Assembly: GCA_963749495.1 (NCBI GenBank)
Contig: CAVVMW010000010.1
Coordinates: forward strand, 608,001 to 672,000
Reading direction: 5' to 3'
Length of the DNA stretch: 64,000 nt
Source of the DNA: an uncultured bacterium
GTDB taxonomy: Bacteria; Verrucomicrobiota; Verrucomicrobiia; Limisphaerales; UBA8199
Of the stretch, positions 22,312-33,584 are shown piece by piece (the stretch's first letter is position 1; every line of letters starts with the position of its first letter). The notes beneath the pieces are model-generated. The model saw only the letters and a program-made list of their open reading frames with translations, was not told the origin of the DNA and did not search any database. The translations under genes and the position numbers were made by a program.

Positions 22312-23222
22312 CCCTTACCCAGAAGCCCAGCCGCCAAGTTCGTCGCGCCCAGGCCCGCCGCAGCCAAGCCCAACCGGAGCCACGCCTGAGCCCAGCCCAA
22401 GAGGCTCAATGCCTGACTCAGGAGATTATGGTCCAAGCTGCCGTCAAGGCCACGGCCTGCCTGCCGGCAGGCAGGCGGTGGCCCTGACCCAGGCCGAGTG
22501 GACCGACGCCGAAGTGCGGGCTTGGCGCGCCGATCTGGCGGTGCGCCTGGCGACCATCCAAGAGCACCCGGAACAAAATCTCGGTCATATCGAAGAGACT
22601 CTGGCGGAGGCGTCCAAAGAGATGCTCCGCGTGTTGGCACAACGGGCGGCGCAGGTTAAGGCCAACACCGCGCTCTGCCAATGCCTGAAGTGTCACCAGG
22701 AACTGACCCACCAGAGGTGCCTTTCCCGCGGCATCAACTCGCGGTTCGGCCGGTTCGTCCTCTGGCGCCGCTATGGCTGGTGCCCCCGCTGCGAGGTCTG
22801 GCAGTTTCCCGCCGACCACGCCTTGGGCCTGGCCCGCAACGCTCCGGCTTCCCCTACGTGCAGGAAATCTCTGCCCTGCTGGTCACTAAGATGCCCCCGG
22901 AGCAGGCCGTGGCTGTGGCCGAGCGCCTGGGCTTAACGTTCTCCCGTTGCCTGTTGGATCGTGAGGCTCACCGCCAGGGACTCAAGGCGCAGATCCGACG
23001 TTCCAAGACGGTTGCCGAGCTAGACACTTGGGAGGGCATTCAGCAGCAGTTGGGCCGCCATACCGAAGGCCCGCCAACGCAGCCCTTCACCCTGGTCATC
23101 GAGATCGACGCCTGGAACATCCGTGAGCGCGATGACTGGGGCCAGACCAAAGCCCTGCGGGAGCAGGGTAAGCAGCCCGAACGCTACCACTGGGTCTATA
23201 TGGGCACGGTCTTCCGCCTGGA
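22308..23222 (+). pseudogene. ISKra4-family transposase, frameshifted and truncated
   Basis: CLKC..INSRFGRFVLWRRYGWCPRC..FPADHALGL, SPYVQE, LVIEIDAWNIRERDDWG; ATGA overlap with the DUF4338 stop. Confidence 0.65.
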
Positions 23223-24400
23223 GTAACTACTCAGGGCGTTTTGGATCCCACCGGCAGAAAGGGATGACCGTCGAGGGTGTTGCGGAGGTGTTCGAGCACC
23301 GGCAGGCCGTGCTTGCGCAGGGTCGCGATGTAACTACGGATGCGTGCGTGACAACGGGCGCCTTCCAGAGTGCGAAAGCAGCCAGATATCTCCACCCGGA
23401 CCTTGATCATGCGGAAGTCGCGTTCGGCTTCGTTGTTGGTAAAGGGCAATGTGAAGTTCGACAGGAATGCCAGAATGCATTCATCGCAGCCCTGGAGCCG
23501 ATCCAATAAGTTCTGTTCTTTGGATTGCTTGGGGCGCTTTTTCTTCATTTGCTCCGGGGTGAGCGGATTGGCTTGGCGGCCAGCGCGTATTACCTTCCTG
23601 TATTGCTGATACCACCGGTCCACCTCGGCTGGCGTCAAGGGTGCATCCCGAGCCTTTCGATCCTTGACGCACTTCAACATCTCCAGGAAGAGGTCGTAAA
23701 GGTCTTTGGCCCATTGTTGGTGGTGTTGCTCAAAGAGGAACACCAATTCGCGCATCAGGTGGCTTTTGCAGAAGGTGTGAAGGCAGTTCTCAAAGGTTAA
23801 GTAGCTGGCGTGGAAGTCATGCATCAACCAACCCTTGAATCGGGGGATGACGCCCATGGCTTGCATCGCCTCTTTGCCTCGGGTGAGTTGGACGCTCAAA
23901 AACGTCAGCAGGGGCGTGCAAATGACGTGCAGCCAATGGGTGACCTTGTTGATGGGCACGCTGGTTTCGTCGCCGTGGAGAATGGGTTCTTGGGGCAGGA
24001 TTTCCACCAGGCGCTCTTCAAAAGGTTGCAGCCCCTGGTATTGTTCTTGGCGAGCGCTTTGCAGGGTGCCTTCACTGACGGCAAAGCCGAACATCTCCTG
24101 GCCCATTTCGCGGATGCGGCGGCTGGCCCCCTCTTGGGCGTCGTAGAGGTAGGTCAGCAAGGCGCGAAAGTTCTTCCCGTATTGGACCGGGGCTTTAATG
24201 TCGACCGGAAAATCAGCCCGGCAGGTTCGCCCGCAGATGGGGCACTCTTTGATTTCAGCTCGATGCTCGGTGCATTCCAAGGGGTTCTTCCGGAATGTTC
24301 TGGGGAAAAAGCATTGGTCCGAACGGAGGTCAGGGTGCGCCTGTTGGCGGGGACACTCGAGGAATGTAGTGAGTGGGTTCAGGCCAGATGAGGCATGGCT
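23223..24400 (-). mobile_element. IS66-family transposase (5'-truncated) with right end GTAACTACTCAG
   Basis: APVQYG, LHGDETS, LMHDFHASY, CKSHLMREL, PFTNNEAERDFRMIKVR..SGCFRT; GTAA terminus at 23223 cuts the ISKra4 gene. Confidence 0.85.
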
Positions 24401-25479
24401 TTTAGGATGAGGACGGTGGGGAGGGCCTGATTTCATGTGAACCCGGTTAGTGGCGTTGACCAACCTGTCCATCCCTTTGGGCCAATTTGTCGAGCCGGTG
24501 ACCGGCCTATCGTTGGGATAATCAGACCCAGAAGCGAAGGCGTCCCTGGACGCCATAAGCAGCGCACAGCCAATGACCGTCCAAATCCATCGTCGTGATC
24601 CTGTCTTCATATACGAGTACGACGCTTCAGCCGGAGATTTCTTAGAAGCTTCTGAGATATTCAGCGGCTGAACCGTAGGCTTAAGTCCAAACCTTTTGGA
24701 CGCACTGGGGATTGCTCGACACATCAGAGGCTACCATAAGCTGTTCCCGTTCAACGGCAAGCCAAAATCATAACTCAAGACGTTGAAACGACAAACGCGA
24801 CTCCCCAGGCAAAACCACCCAAGCTCCGCGAGTAGCTTCATCGAGGTGAACACGGTGGCGGCCATCACGCTCTCCAGGCGCGGTTCCTGGGCGGTGCTGG
24901 CCGCTGTGGTCTACATGCTCGTAGGACTGGGAGCGCATGAGCACGTCCTCGGTCGAGCCACTCGGCGGCGCTGGCAGCCCTCGCCACTGTGTCCTCAATC
25001 CGGGCCGCCTGGCGGGCGCTGGCCCCACGACCAGTTCAGTCGAGAATAGTTGTTGACAAGAGATTCCGTCGGACGCATCAATCGGGCATGTCGTAGAAAA
25101 TGGACCCCTTGATTCCAGCGAATCGCTGTCGTGGGCAGAAGACCGAGTTTGGGTTTTCCGCTCGCCCGTCCGTTTACCCCGTTGCCGTGCTGGCTGAGGC
25201 ACACGACTCTCCGCTGGCGCCTGCTAACGCCGCCGACCTCCGGGCCGCTCTCGCTGACCTGTCCCAGGTAGCGCTCCCGGCCATTCTCCACATTTGGGCC
25301 AAGAACGCTCGCGACAGTGGGCAACAGTCGGTGCTGGACAAGATCCAAGGCGGTCAGGTCCGAACACCGATTCCAGCAAATTGTGGACGCCCTCGCTCCC
25401 GAATGGGGCGAACGCGTGCTGGTGTTCGCGGAGTGCGGCTCTCTTCCTCCACGCAGGCTGGATCACGCTTCGCTGGCCG

Positions 25480-25649
25480 AGCCCAACGGCACCTCCACCA
25501 CGTTCAGCTACGACCTGGACAATGGCCTTGTACGAAAAACCTACGCCGACGGCAAGGGCTTCTCGTTCCGCTACGCCGCCGCCGTGCTGACCAGCCGCAC
25601 AAACGCCGGGGGCATCACCACCACTTGCACCTTCGACGCCAACCCATAA
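25480..25649 (+). pseudogene. RHS/YD-repeat fragment
   Basis: PNGTSTTFSYDLDNGLVRKTYADG..RTNAGGITTTCTFDA. Confidence 0.55.
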
Positions 25650-25666
25650 CTTAGATTCAATTGCCT

Positions 25667-27946
25667 ATGCAAGAACCAGTCGAACTCAAGAATACCATCC
25701 TCTTTGCGTTGATCAATTATCTCCAGCTTGCAGACATTGACCAAAAACTCCTCGATACGGGTATTGCCAGGGAAATCGAAGGTAAATTGGTCCTTCCGGT
25801 CCGCCGCTTGGACGAATTCTACTGTCGCCATAAAGCTCGGGAAGAACGTGACAGAAAAGAGCACTCCAACGAGGAAGACCACAACAATAAAGGACTGCCG
25901 ATCCTCACCCTTCGCGGCGCCCAAAGCGTTGCCATGAGCTTTGACCTCTATCTGCGCCGCCAGGAACATAGCCGTGTCCACGAGTCAGGAGTTTTCGTTA
26001 TTCCCAATTCCGATTACGCCGTAGAAGTGGTCGCGAATCCGCGAAAGCCAGTGGCCCCAGATATTTTCGCTTCTGACCAGGATGCGCTTCGCGAGCAGAT
26101 CAAATTCATCTCGATCCTCAATCACCTCACGCAAGCTGGCAAAGAGAATCTCTTTAATAAATTCCTTGGTTTTCCGGATTTGATCTATTACGTGGCAATC
26201 CGCAAAGTTCGTGAGATTTACAGGGATAAGGACGGCCAAGGCCAGAATGATGTGCTAGTAATGGGAGACAAGCCCACCGCGGCTACTTTTGACCTTTTTC
26301 GCGAAAGGCTCCGTGAAGTGATTAAACAAATGACTCCTCAATATCCTTTTGTTCCTCAGGATGACAAAGTCTTCATCGGTCGCCTAAAAGGTGATGTCGA
26401 TAATTTCGTCGCCCTCAATGACCTAATGATTGAGCTTCTCCATCAGGCCATGGATCGTGCTTCGATCTCCCGCGAAGATGCGAATATTCTGCTGTTCCTC
26501 CAACAAGTTGGTGTCGGCGTCGTCAGCGAGGAAGTGGCGAGGGACATCAAGGCGCAGACCTACTATGTCAGCCTCGGAGCGTACAAGTATGGTCTTCAGT
26601 TTAATCCGGGACGTGCCAAGAGAAGTGGCCAGTTCAAGGAGGCTAGGGTTGGTAGGCAACCCGAGTCAATCGTTTCGGAGTCGTACGTGCGAGATTTTTT
26701 GCCACTTCAGCGGCATTTGCGGGCTGATAATCCACGTGACGGAATCTGGGTGCGCGAGCTTGCGAATCCATATCCACACCGCCGAGGTAGTAAGAACAGC
26801 GTCTACGATCCGATCCAGGGGCAGGTTGTCAACGTGGCAGACCTTGAAAGTCAGTTGCGAATCCTACGGGAAAACACACCGCCTGGAGAGCCGAGCCGGT
26901 ATCGGGCCTTCTTCAACGGACCCTTTGCAGGATATACGATTTCTCATCTTCACTACCAGGGTTTCCTGGGAGAGACCGTGATGGAAGTCGCTCTACAGCA
27001 GGACGAAGCGCTGGAATTCCTGGGCATTGACCAGAACCAGGTGAGACACTACAAGGTGAATCGGCGCTTCTTTGAAAACAAGGCCGGATTTCCGCTGCGC
27101 TCGACTCTGTTGGTCGAAGGCAGGGAACCTGAAGGCGTTGCGCAGGCCGTTATGGAGGTTTTGAAACACGCAAATCAGGACAGTTCTCTTCCTATCACAG
27201 GAAAATCTAGATTTACCTACAATCTTCTTCTTTGTGATGATGATGACTTTGCGCGTGTATATATCATGATTAAGAGATTGGTCCTCAACCGGTTTTCGCC
27301 AGAGGGTTTGACCGAGCCGAATGTGCTTGTATTCTCAAACGAGGGAGCGCTCAAAGGTGAGGTTGAGGAGTTGAAGAAGCAACTAGAGTCAGTGTCGAGT
27401 TCCCTTGAGAAGCTTAGGGTTGGTCGAGAAGAAGACAAGTCTAAGAATGGAGTACACGGCGAAGCTGGGAATAGAGTGGGTCCCAACGCGGACTTGCTGC
27501 GCAAGGAGTACGATAGGTTAGTTAGCGAAGGAGTGTCTAAGGGAATTGTTCTTTACGAAGGAAGACCTGCCACCGTTGAGATGGCTGACTTGTTGATTTT
27601 CGGCAAACCAAGCCATGGAACAGTTTTTCGGAAGATCATGGAGAACTCGACCTTGCAGAGGTGGGTCATCGACGAGGTGTTTAGGCAGTGTGAGTATCCT
27701 CAGGAATCGTTTGAGGCACTGGTTGCAAATGTAGTGAAGTCGTTGTCGAAAGCCATGGCCGGATATGTCCCCGCCGAACGGAAGGTGGGGCAGGAAATGG
27801 TGGGGCCAACGGAGGCGGCTCAGTCTTTGCTCTTGGCTGGAGATGTCCGCGCTCAAGAGAGCGCGGCCCCATTGAAGCTACGACCAGATGGCCGAGTGCG
27901 GGGGCGTGTTCGACATATCCGCGCTCGAAAGAGTGCTGCGCCATGA
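25667..27946 (+). CDS. HIT/GalT-superfamily nucleotide phosphorylase-like protein (DUF4922/GDP-sugar phosphorylase type) with about 300-aa unassigned N-terminus
   Basis: Ordered motifs LQFNPGRA, LANPYP, FFNGPFAGYTISHLHYQG, YNLLL, RPATVEMA; uninterrupted, AT-richer ORF. Confidence 0.6.
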   Translation: MQEPVELKNTILFALINYLQLADIDQKLLDTGIAREIEGKLVLPVRRLDEFYCRHKAREERDRKEHSNEEDHNNKGLPILTLRGAQSVAMSFDLYLRRQEHSRVHESGVFVIPNSDYAVEVVANPRKPVAPDIFASDQDALREQIKFISILNHLTQAGKENLFNKFLGFPDLIYYVAIRKVREIYRDKDGQGQNDVLVMGDKPTAATFDLFRERLREVIKQMTPQYPFVPQDDKVFIGRLKGDVDNFVALNDLMIELLHQAMDRASISREDANILLFLQQVGVGVVSEEVARDIKAQTYYVSLGAYKYGLQFNPGRAKRSGQFKEARVGRQPESIVSESYVRDFLPLQRHLRADNPRDGIWVRELANPYPHRRGSKNSVYDPIQGQVVNVADLESQLRILRENTPPGEPSRYRAFFNGPFAGYTISHLHYQGFLGETVMEVALQQDEALEFLGIDQNQVRHYKVNRRFFENKAGFPLRSTLLVEGREPEGVAQAVMEVLKHANQDSSLPITGKSRFTYNLLLCDDDDFARVYIMIKRLVLNRFSPEGLTEPNVLVFSNEGALKGEVEELKKQLESVSSSLEKLRVGREEDKSKNGVHGEAGNRVGPNADLLRKEYDRLVSEGVSKGIVLYEGRPATVEMADLLIFGKPSHGTVFRKIMENSTLQRWVIDEVFRQCEYPQESFEALVANVVKSLSKAMAGYVPAERKVGQEMVGPTEAAQSLLLAGDVRAQESAAPLKLRPDGRVRGRVRHIRARKSAAP

Positions 27947-28479
27947 ATGCGTTTGCGCCGCTGAAGGCGCTCCTTGTTCGTGGCCTCGCGCCAAGGTTTG
28001 ACCTAGCTTCCGACCAGGTGCGTTGGGTTATCCACGAACGTCAGACGGCACCGTTTTTCGACCCGTGAAACTCGGTCCTTGAACAGGGCCTGGCCAACTC
28101 AGGCCTGGACCAGCGCCCGGCGCGTCGTCGTGGGGATGTCGCCCTGAAGTATATGGCGCTGCTCAATCTCCTCCCACTCCAGTCGGCCGACCAGCTCACG
28201 CTCGACCTAAATGGACGACGAGTCCTGAAAAGTCCTCGCGCTGAAGGTCGCGCTCTCTCCCACGAGGCCAACGACAACTTGGGCAAGCGCATCCGAAATC
28301 GAGGTCAGGTGGGTCCCCCGCACAATTTGTGGGTGAAACATCTGGACACGTGTTCAGTTCGGAGGGTTGACGTTGGTGAGTTGGGCGGTCGTGGAACATC
28401 CCGCGGCACGCTCCGCGACGAATCGAGCGGCCTAACGGCCGGAGAAGGACTTCAAGCAATTCCGGCGCGGCCAGGGTAT

Positions 28480-29983
28480 GGCTCCGGGCGGGGCTGTCAA
28501 GGTATTGCTCGCCACGTGCCCTCGTGCCCTGCTGCGCTCCACCTTGACAGCCCCGCCCTCCGCCATGATGCGCCGCTAAGGAATTGCTGGTGAAGGTGTG
28601 CTTGGCTCGGAGGGCTGCCCAGCGCCACAAAGCGATAGCTGATCTGCCTGGCTTGCGGTAGCCTGCGAGATGTGAAAAGCACGCCCGCCACCGAGCGGCA
28701 GACCAGCTATGCAATTGAAGGTTAAGACGGTTCTCAACGACATTCAACACTTTGTGGGCTTCGTTTACCAGGACATCCGCTTGTGCCGGGACCGCCGAGG
28801 CCGTGGCCAGCGGCTCGAGATCACCCTCCAACCCCATGGCGGCATTCCCGCCAAGTGCTCCCGGTGCCTGCAGCCAGTCCCCGGCTATGATCAGTTGCCC
28901 CAGCGGTCCTGGCTGTTTCCGCCGATGTGGGGCGTCAAGACCTATTTCCTCTACCCCCCGCGGCGGGTCAATTGTCCGCAGGACGGGGTGGTCGTCGAGC
29001 ATATCCCCTGGAGCCAGGGCAAGCGGCCGGTGACGACGGCGATGATGGGCCTCTTGGCCCGGTGGGCCCGGCGGCTGTCCTGGAAGGAAACCGCCCAGGC
29101 CTTCCACACCAGTTGGGAGGCCGTCTACCGTTCGGTGCAGTGGTTCGTCCAATGGGGTTTGGAGCACCGGCGCCTGGAGGGTGTGGAGGCCATCGGAGTG
29201 GACGAGATCCATTGGGGCAAGGGCCAGAAGGCCGACAACTTCCTGACGGTGATTTACCAGATTGACCCCCACTGTCGGCGCTTGCTGTGGCTGGGTCGGC
29301 GGCGCACTCAAGCCACGTTGCGGCGGGGCTTGGCAGAATTGGGAGCCCCGGTGGTCAGCGCTCTGAAGTATGTGTGCAGCGACATGTGGAAGCCCTACCT
29401 GAAGGTGATCGCGGCCAAGATACCGCAGGCGCTCAACGTGCTGGACCGCTTTCATATCGTGGGGCACCTCAACGAGGCGGTGGACGAGGTGCGCCGGGGC
29501 GAGCAGTCGCGCTTGCACGGCCGGCCCCTGGCTCAGCGGCTCAAGGGCATGCGCTGGCAGTTGTTGCGCCGGGGCAGCCGGGTGCGGGGCCGTGCCCGCT
29601 CCAAGCTCAACGCCCTGTTGGCCAGCAAGCTGGCGACGGCACGGGCCTGGAACCTCAAGGAGAGCTTCGACTACCTTTGGCACTACCGTTCTCCGATCTA
29701 TGTGGTGGCCTATCTGGGTTATTGGTGCGCTCGAGCCATGCGCAGCCGGCTCGAACCAATGAAGAAGGTGGCCCGGATGCTGCGCGCCCATGAGCCGTTG
29801 ATCTTGAATTGGTTCGAGGCCAAAGGTGAGCTCTCCAGCGCCGCCGTCGAGGGCCTGAACAACAAGATTCGAGTGGTAACCAGACGATCTTACGGCTTCC
29901 GCACCTATCCAGCCATGGAATTGGCCCTGTATCATTGCCTTGGCCGCTTACCTGAGCCTCGACTTACCCATACATTCTGCTGA
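28480..29983 (+). mobile_element. ISL3-family element; transposase CDS 28709..29983
   Basis: CSRC..RVNCPQDGVVVEHIPW, IGVDEIHW, VCSDMWKPY, LDRFHIV, VEGLNNKIRVVTRRSYGFR; GGCTCC left end at 28480 followed by an 18-bp inverted repeat (28486-28503/28541-28558); matching right end not found. Confidence 0.9.
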
Positions 29984-30169
29984 CCAGTCGGTCAGGTAAA
30001 CATGCTGAAGGCCGTCCCCCGTCGAGTGGAGTGGTGCAAATTGTTCACGTTCGAGCAGGGGGAGAAGCACCGGCAGATGGTCCTTGGGGCGAACGAGGCG
30101 AGAAAATCGTTGAAACCGGACATCCATGCGCGCTGCGCCGGGCACCTGTAGGCGGGCCACAGGCAGAAC

Positions 30170-30370
30170 CAAGCGCCCTGGCATGGATGCCGCTTTACGC
30201 GCCAGGTCGATGAAAACGGCCTGAGTCACATCCTGGGCCAGGCGCGCGTCGCCGCCCACTTGCCTCAGGGCCGCAGAATAAACGAGGTCCACGTAGCGCT
30301 TCACCAGCTCGGTGAAGGCTGCCTCACAACGGCTGGCGGCGTAACGCTGGAGCAATTCGCGGTCGTTCAT
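30170..30370 (-). pseudogene. ECF sigma factor N-terminal fragment
   Basis: [49 protein letters not shown]. Confidence 0.75.
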
Positions 30371-30642
30371 GACTTCCACAATGTAGCACCCGCCAAAAAG
30401 ACAAACCGGACAGACAATGATGACGATGACCTGGCCGGCAAGCTGGCCAGTCAGGCAGATACTGAAAATCCAGCCCGCTCAGGCATGTGGCCCTCCGAGG
30501 GTCCGTTGTTGCGGCAGGGAGGACGAGGCCCGGCAGCGCCCTCAAAGGAGCATCAGGGCAGCCGGTCCTCGATGCGGTTGCCGGTAACCCTGGCTTGCGG
30601 CAGCAGTGAGCTTGAAGGAAACTCCAGGCACAACTTGAGCAA

Positions 30643-31392
30643 ATGGCCGTTCGAGACATCTTGCTGCTGGGAACCCCGCTGTTGAACCAGCCGTCCACGC
30701 CGGTTCAAGAGTCCGATCTGTCCGCCGTGACTGCCGTAGGCGTGGATCTCCACGATACCCTGATGGACTTTCGGGCAAAGCACGGCTGGGGCCGGGCCAT
30801 CGCCGCGCCCCAGATTGGTGTGCTCAGGCGGATCGTTTACCTGCGCATCGACCGGCCATGGCTCATCATCAATCCAGCGATGGACGGACTGAGCGAGAAG
30901 ATGGTGGAGCTGTGGGACGACTGCATGAGTTTTCCCGACTTGCTGGTGCGCGTGAAGCGCCATTCCGGTTTCACGCTGGCCTACCGCGATGAACATTGGG
31001 TCGAGCACACCCTGACCGTCGAGGGCGTCTTGTCGGAACTGCTGCAACACGAGCTCGACCATCTTGCCGGGGTGCTCGCGGTTTCCAGGGCCGTCGACGG
31101 CGCGTCGTTCGCGCTTCGAAGTCAGAGACACCTGCTCATCGGAGCGCCTGCTCTGGGGCACCATCCGCCTGGTTCTCGACCTTCAGCCCGGCCATACCAC
31201 GAAAACTACGACGCGGCGGTTCTAGCCCTTGGCCGTGCTGACTTCCCTGGCGGCTGGGCCAGCTTCGCCGGAACGGCCATGGCTACCGCCTGCCGGATAG
31301 CCACTTCCATCGTTCCGGGCAGTTCTTCATCGTGGCGCTGCATGGCCCGAGATCGGCACGCGCCTTTTGACAGGATGCGGGGCGAGGCGTAA
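30643..31392 (+). CDS. def: Peptide deformylase (C-terminal tail possibly chimeric)
   Basis: GRAIAAPQIG, DDCMS (EGCLS variant), QHELDHL. Confidence 0.85.
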   Translation: MAVRDILLLGTPLLNQPSTPVQESDLSAVTAVGVDLHDTLMDFRAKHGWGRAIAAPQIGVLRRIVYLRIDRPWLIINPAMDGLSEKMVELWDDCMSFPDLLVRVKRHSGFTLAYRDEHWVEHTLTVEGVLSELLQHELDHLAGVLAVSRAVDGASFALRSQRHLLIGAPALGHHPPGSRPSARPYHENYDAAVLALGRADFPGGWASFAGTAMATACRIATSIVPGSSSSWRCMARDRHAPFDRMRGEA

Positions 31393-31400
31393 ACACCGGT

Positions 31401-31886
31401 ATGAGCGACGACGGCTTTTCATCTGGTCCCTGGGTGGGGTTCTACAACTCCGGGCCGGGCGATAGGCACCGCATGGACCTGCGTCTCGACTTCGGCGTTG
31501 GTTCCATAAGCGGTGACGGCAACGACAACGTTGGCCGATTCCTCATTCGTGGGACATACGATTCCGTGAACCGGGAGTGCTACTGGACCAAGACTTACCC
31601 TGGCTCACATGACGTGTATTACCGGGGTTTTCGAGAAGGCAAGGGCATCTGGGGAACCTGGGAGATCGGGATCTTCGCCCACGGCGGTTTTCACATCTGG
31701 CCCAAAGGCGAGCATGATCCTGAAACGGAGACCGTAGGAGCGGAGGCTTTGGTGGTAGGGTTTCTTCTTCATGGTGTGGCCTCGAACCTGCACCGGCTTA
31801 AGGTGTCCGTGAACTCGATGGGAACGGCCCAAGAAAAACACCGAAAAGACTCACCGTTTGTCGAACTCATATTCCAGCGTTTGTAA
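31401..31886 (+). CDS. Hypothetical beta-strand-rich protein
   Basis: Coherent ORF SGPWVGFY..ISGDGNDNVGRFLIRGTYD..GIWGTWEI..GGFHIWP; 3' end may be chimeric. Confidence 0.55.
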   Translation: MSDDGFSSGPWVGFYNSGPGDRHRMDLRLDFGVGSISGDGNDNVGRFLIRGTYDSVNRECYWTKTYPGSHDVYYRGFREGKGIWGTWEIGIFAHGGFHIWPKGEHDPETETVGAEALVVGFLLHGVASNLHRLKVSVNSMGTAQEKHRKDSPFVELIFQRL

Positions 31887-31999
31887 TGGTTGAGATTGAA
31901 TCCTGATCGAGGCGAAAATGCAATCTCGGATTACCAGACCGAGCCAGAGGAACGTGTCCGGGCCGATAGCGCGGAGCACTTGAAGCAGTTGCTCAAGGC

Positions 32000-32280
32000 C
32001 TTCAAAGCGGAGCTGTTGGCGCAGGTGCATGAGCGGCGCGGAGACCATTACGGAGCGGAGTTGCGGGAAGCGGACGCGGCTCACGCCGAAGGTGTGGTGT
32101 AAGCGGAGCTGCGACGCCGGGGTTGGACGGAGATGGAACTGGAGCGGCGGCGCAAGGGCGATATGGAAAAGGTGGAGATCGCCTGGCGGTTACGGCAGGG
32201 AACGACCATGACCCTGAAAGGGATCGCGGGGCGCCTCAGGATGGGAACCTGGACCTACCTCTCCAATTGCCTGGTTTAGA
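32000..32280 (+). pseudogene. C-terminal remnant resembling a REP-associated tyrosine transposase
   Basis: ELRRRGWTEMELERRRKGDMEKVEIAWRLRQGTTMTLKGIAGRLRMGTWTYLSN with an in-frame stop near 32100; family assignment from recall. Confidence 0.5.
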
Positions 32281-32342
32281 GACGAATGTAAAAATGTATG
32301 ACCGACCGCTTTTCGCGAGTGTATTGCCGCCAGAGGCGATGG

Positions 32343-33088
<746 letters not shown>

Positions 33089-33584
33089 AAGAATTACTGA
33101 TAGACATTTGCTTTCCCACCGCGCCGCCGGTTGTTCACGCTTCGCGGGTGAGGGAGAACTGGCTTCCAGTCTCGCTCATTTTCTTTCCATCTTGTCAGAC
33201 GGGGACGAGGCTGTCAACCGGCGAATGTTGCCGCTGCGATTCAGCGATTCAGACAGTGGGGGAGGGGGTTGGCAACCGGTTTCACCCAGGGGGGCGAGAA
33301 TCCAATGGCGGAGGTGGATGACGGGGAATCTGGGCGGGGGCGCCAAGCGATTGGCTACCTGGCTGGATCGGCGCGCGAGCAGTACCGGCCCATGAGCCTC
33401 TGGCCGAGGTGACGGCCGGAGACCCCGGCTGCGGACCAGGCTGATGCAACCTAATTCAGGACGGCGAGGCTCACGGGGCAGCGCGAACGTGCTCCAGGGG
33501 GGCGAGCAGGCTTTCCTGGAGGCGTTGGTTCGACCGCCAAATCTCCCCCTTGCCAACGGACCGGTTAGCTTGTTTAATCTCGGC

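Noticed and set aside
28311..28440. Possible integron attC site (gttgggc / gcctaac) next to a lone ISL3-like end
   Set aside because: Core sites are not arranged as an attC hairpin and there is no integron integrase or cassette array
28196..29935. 579-aa minus-strand ORF
   Set aside because: Antisense shadow of the ISL3 transposase in GC-rich DNA
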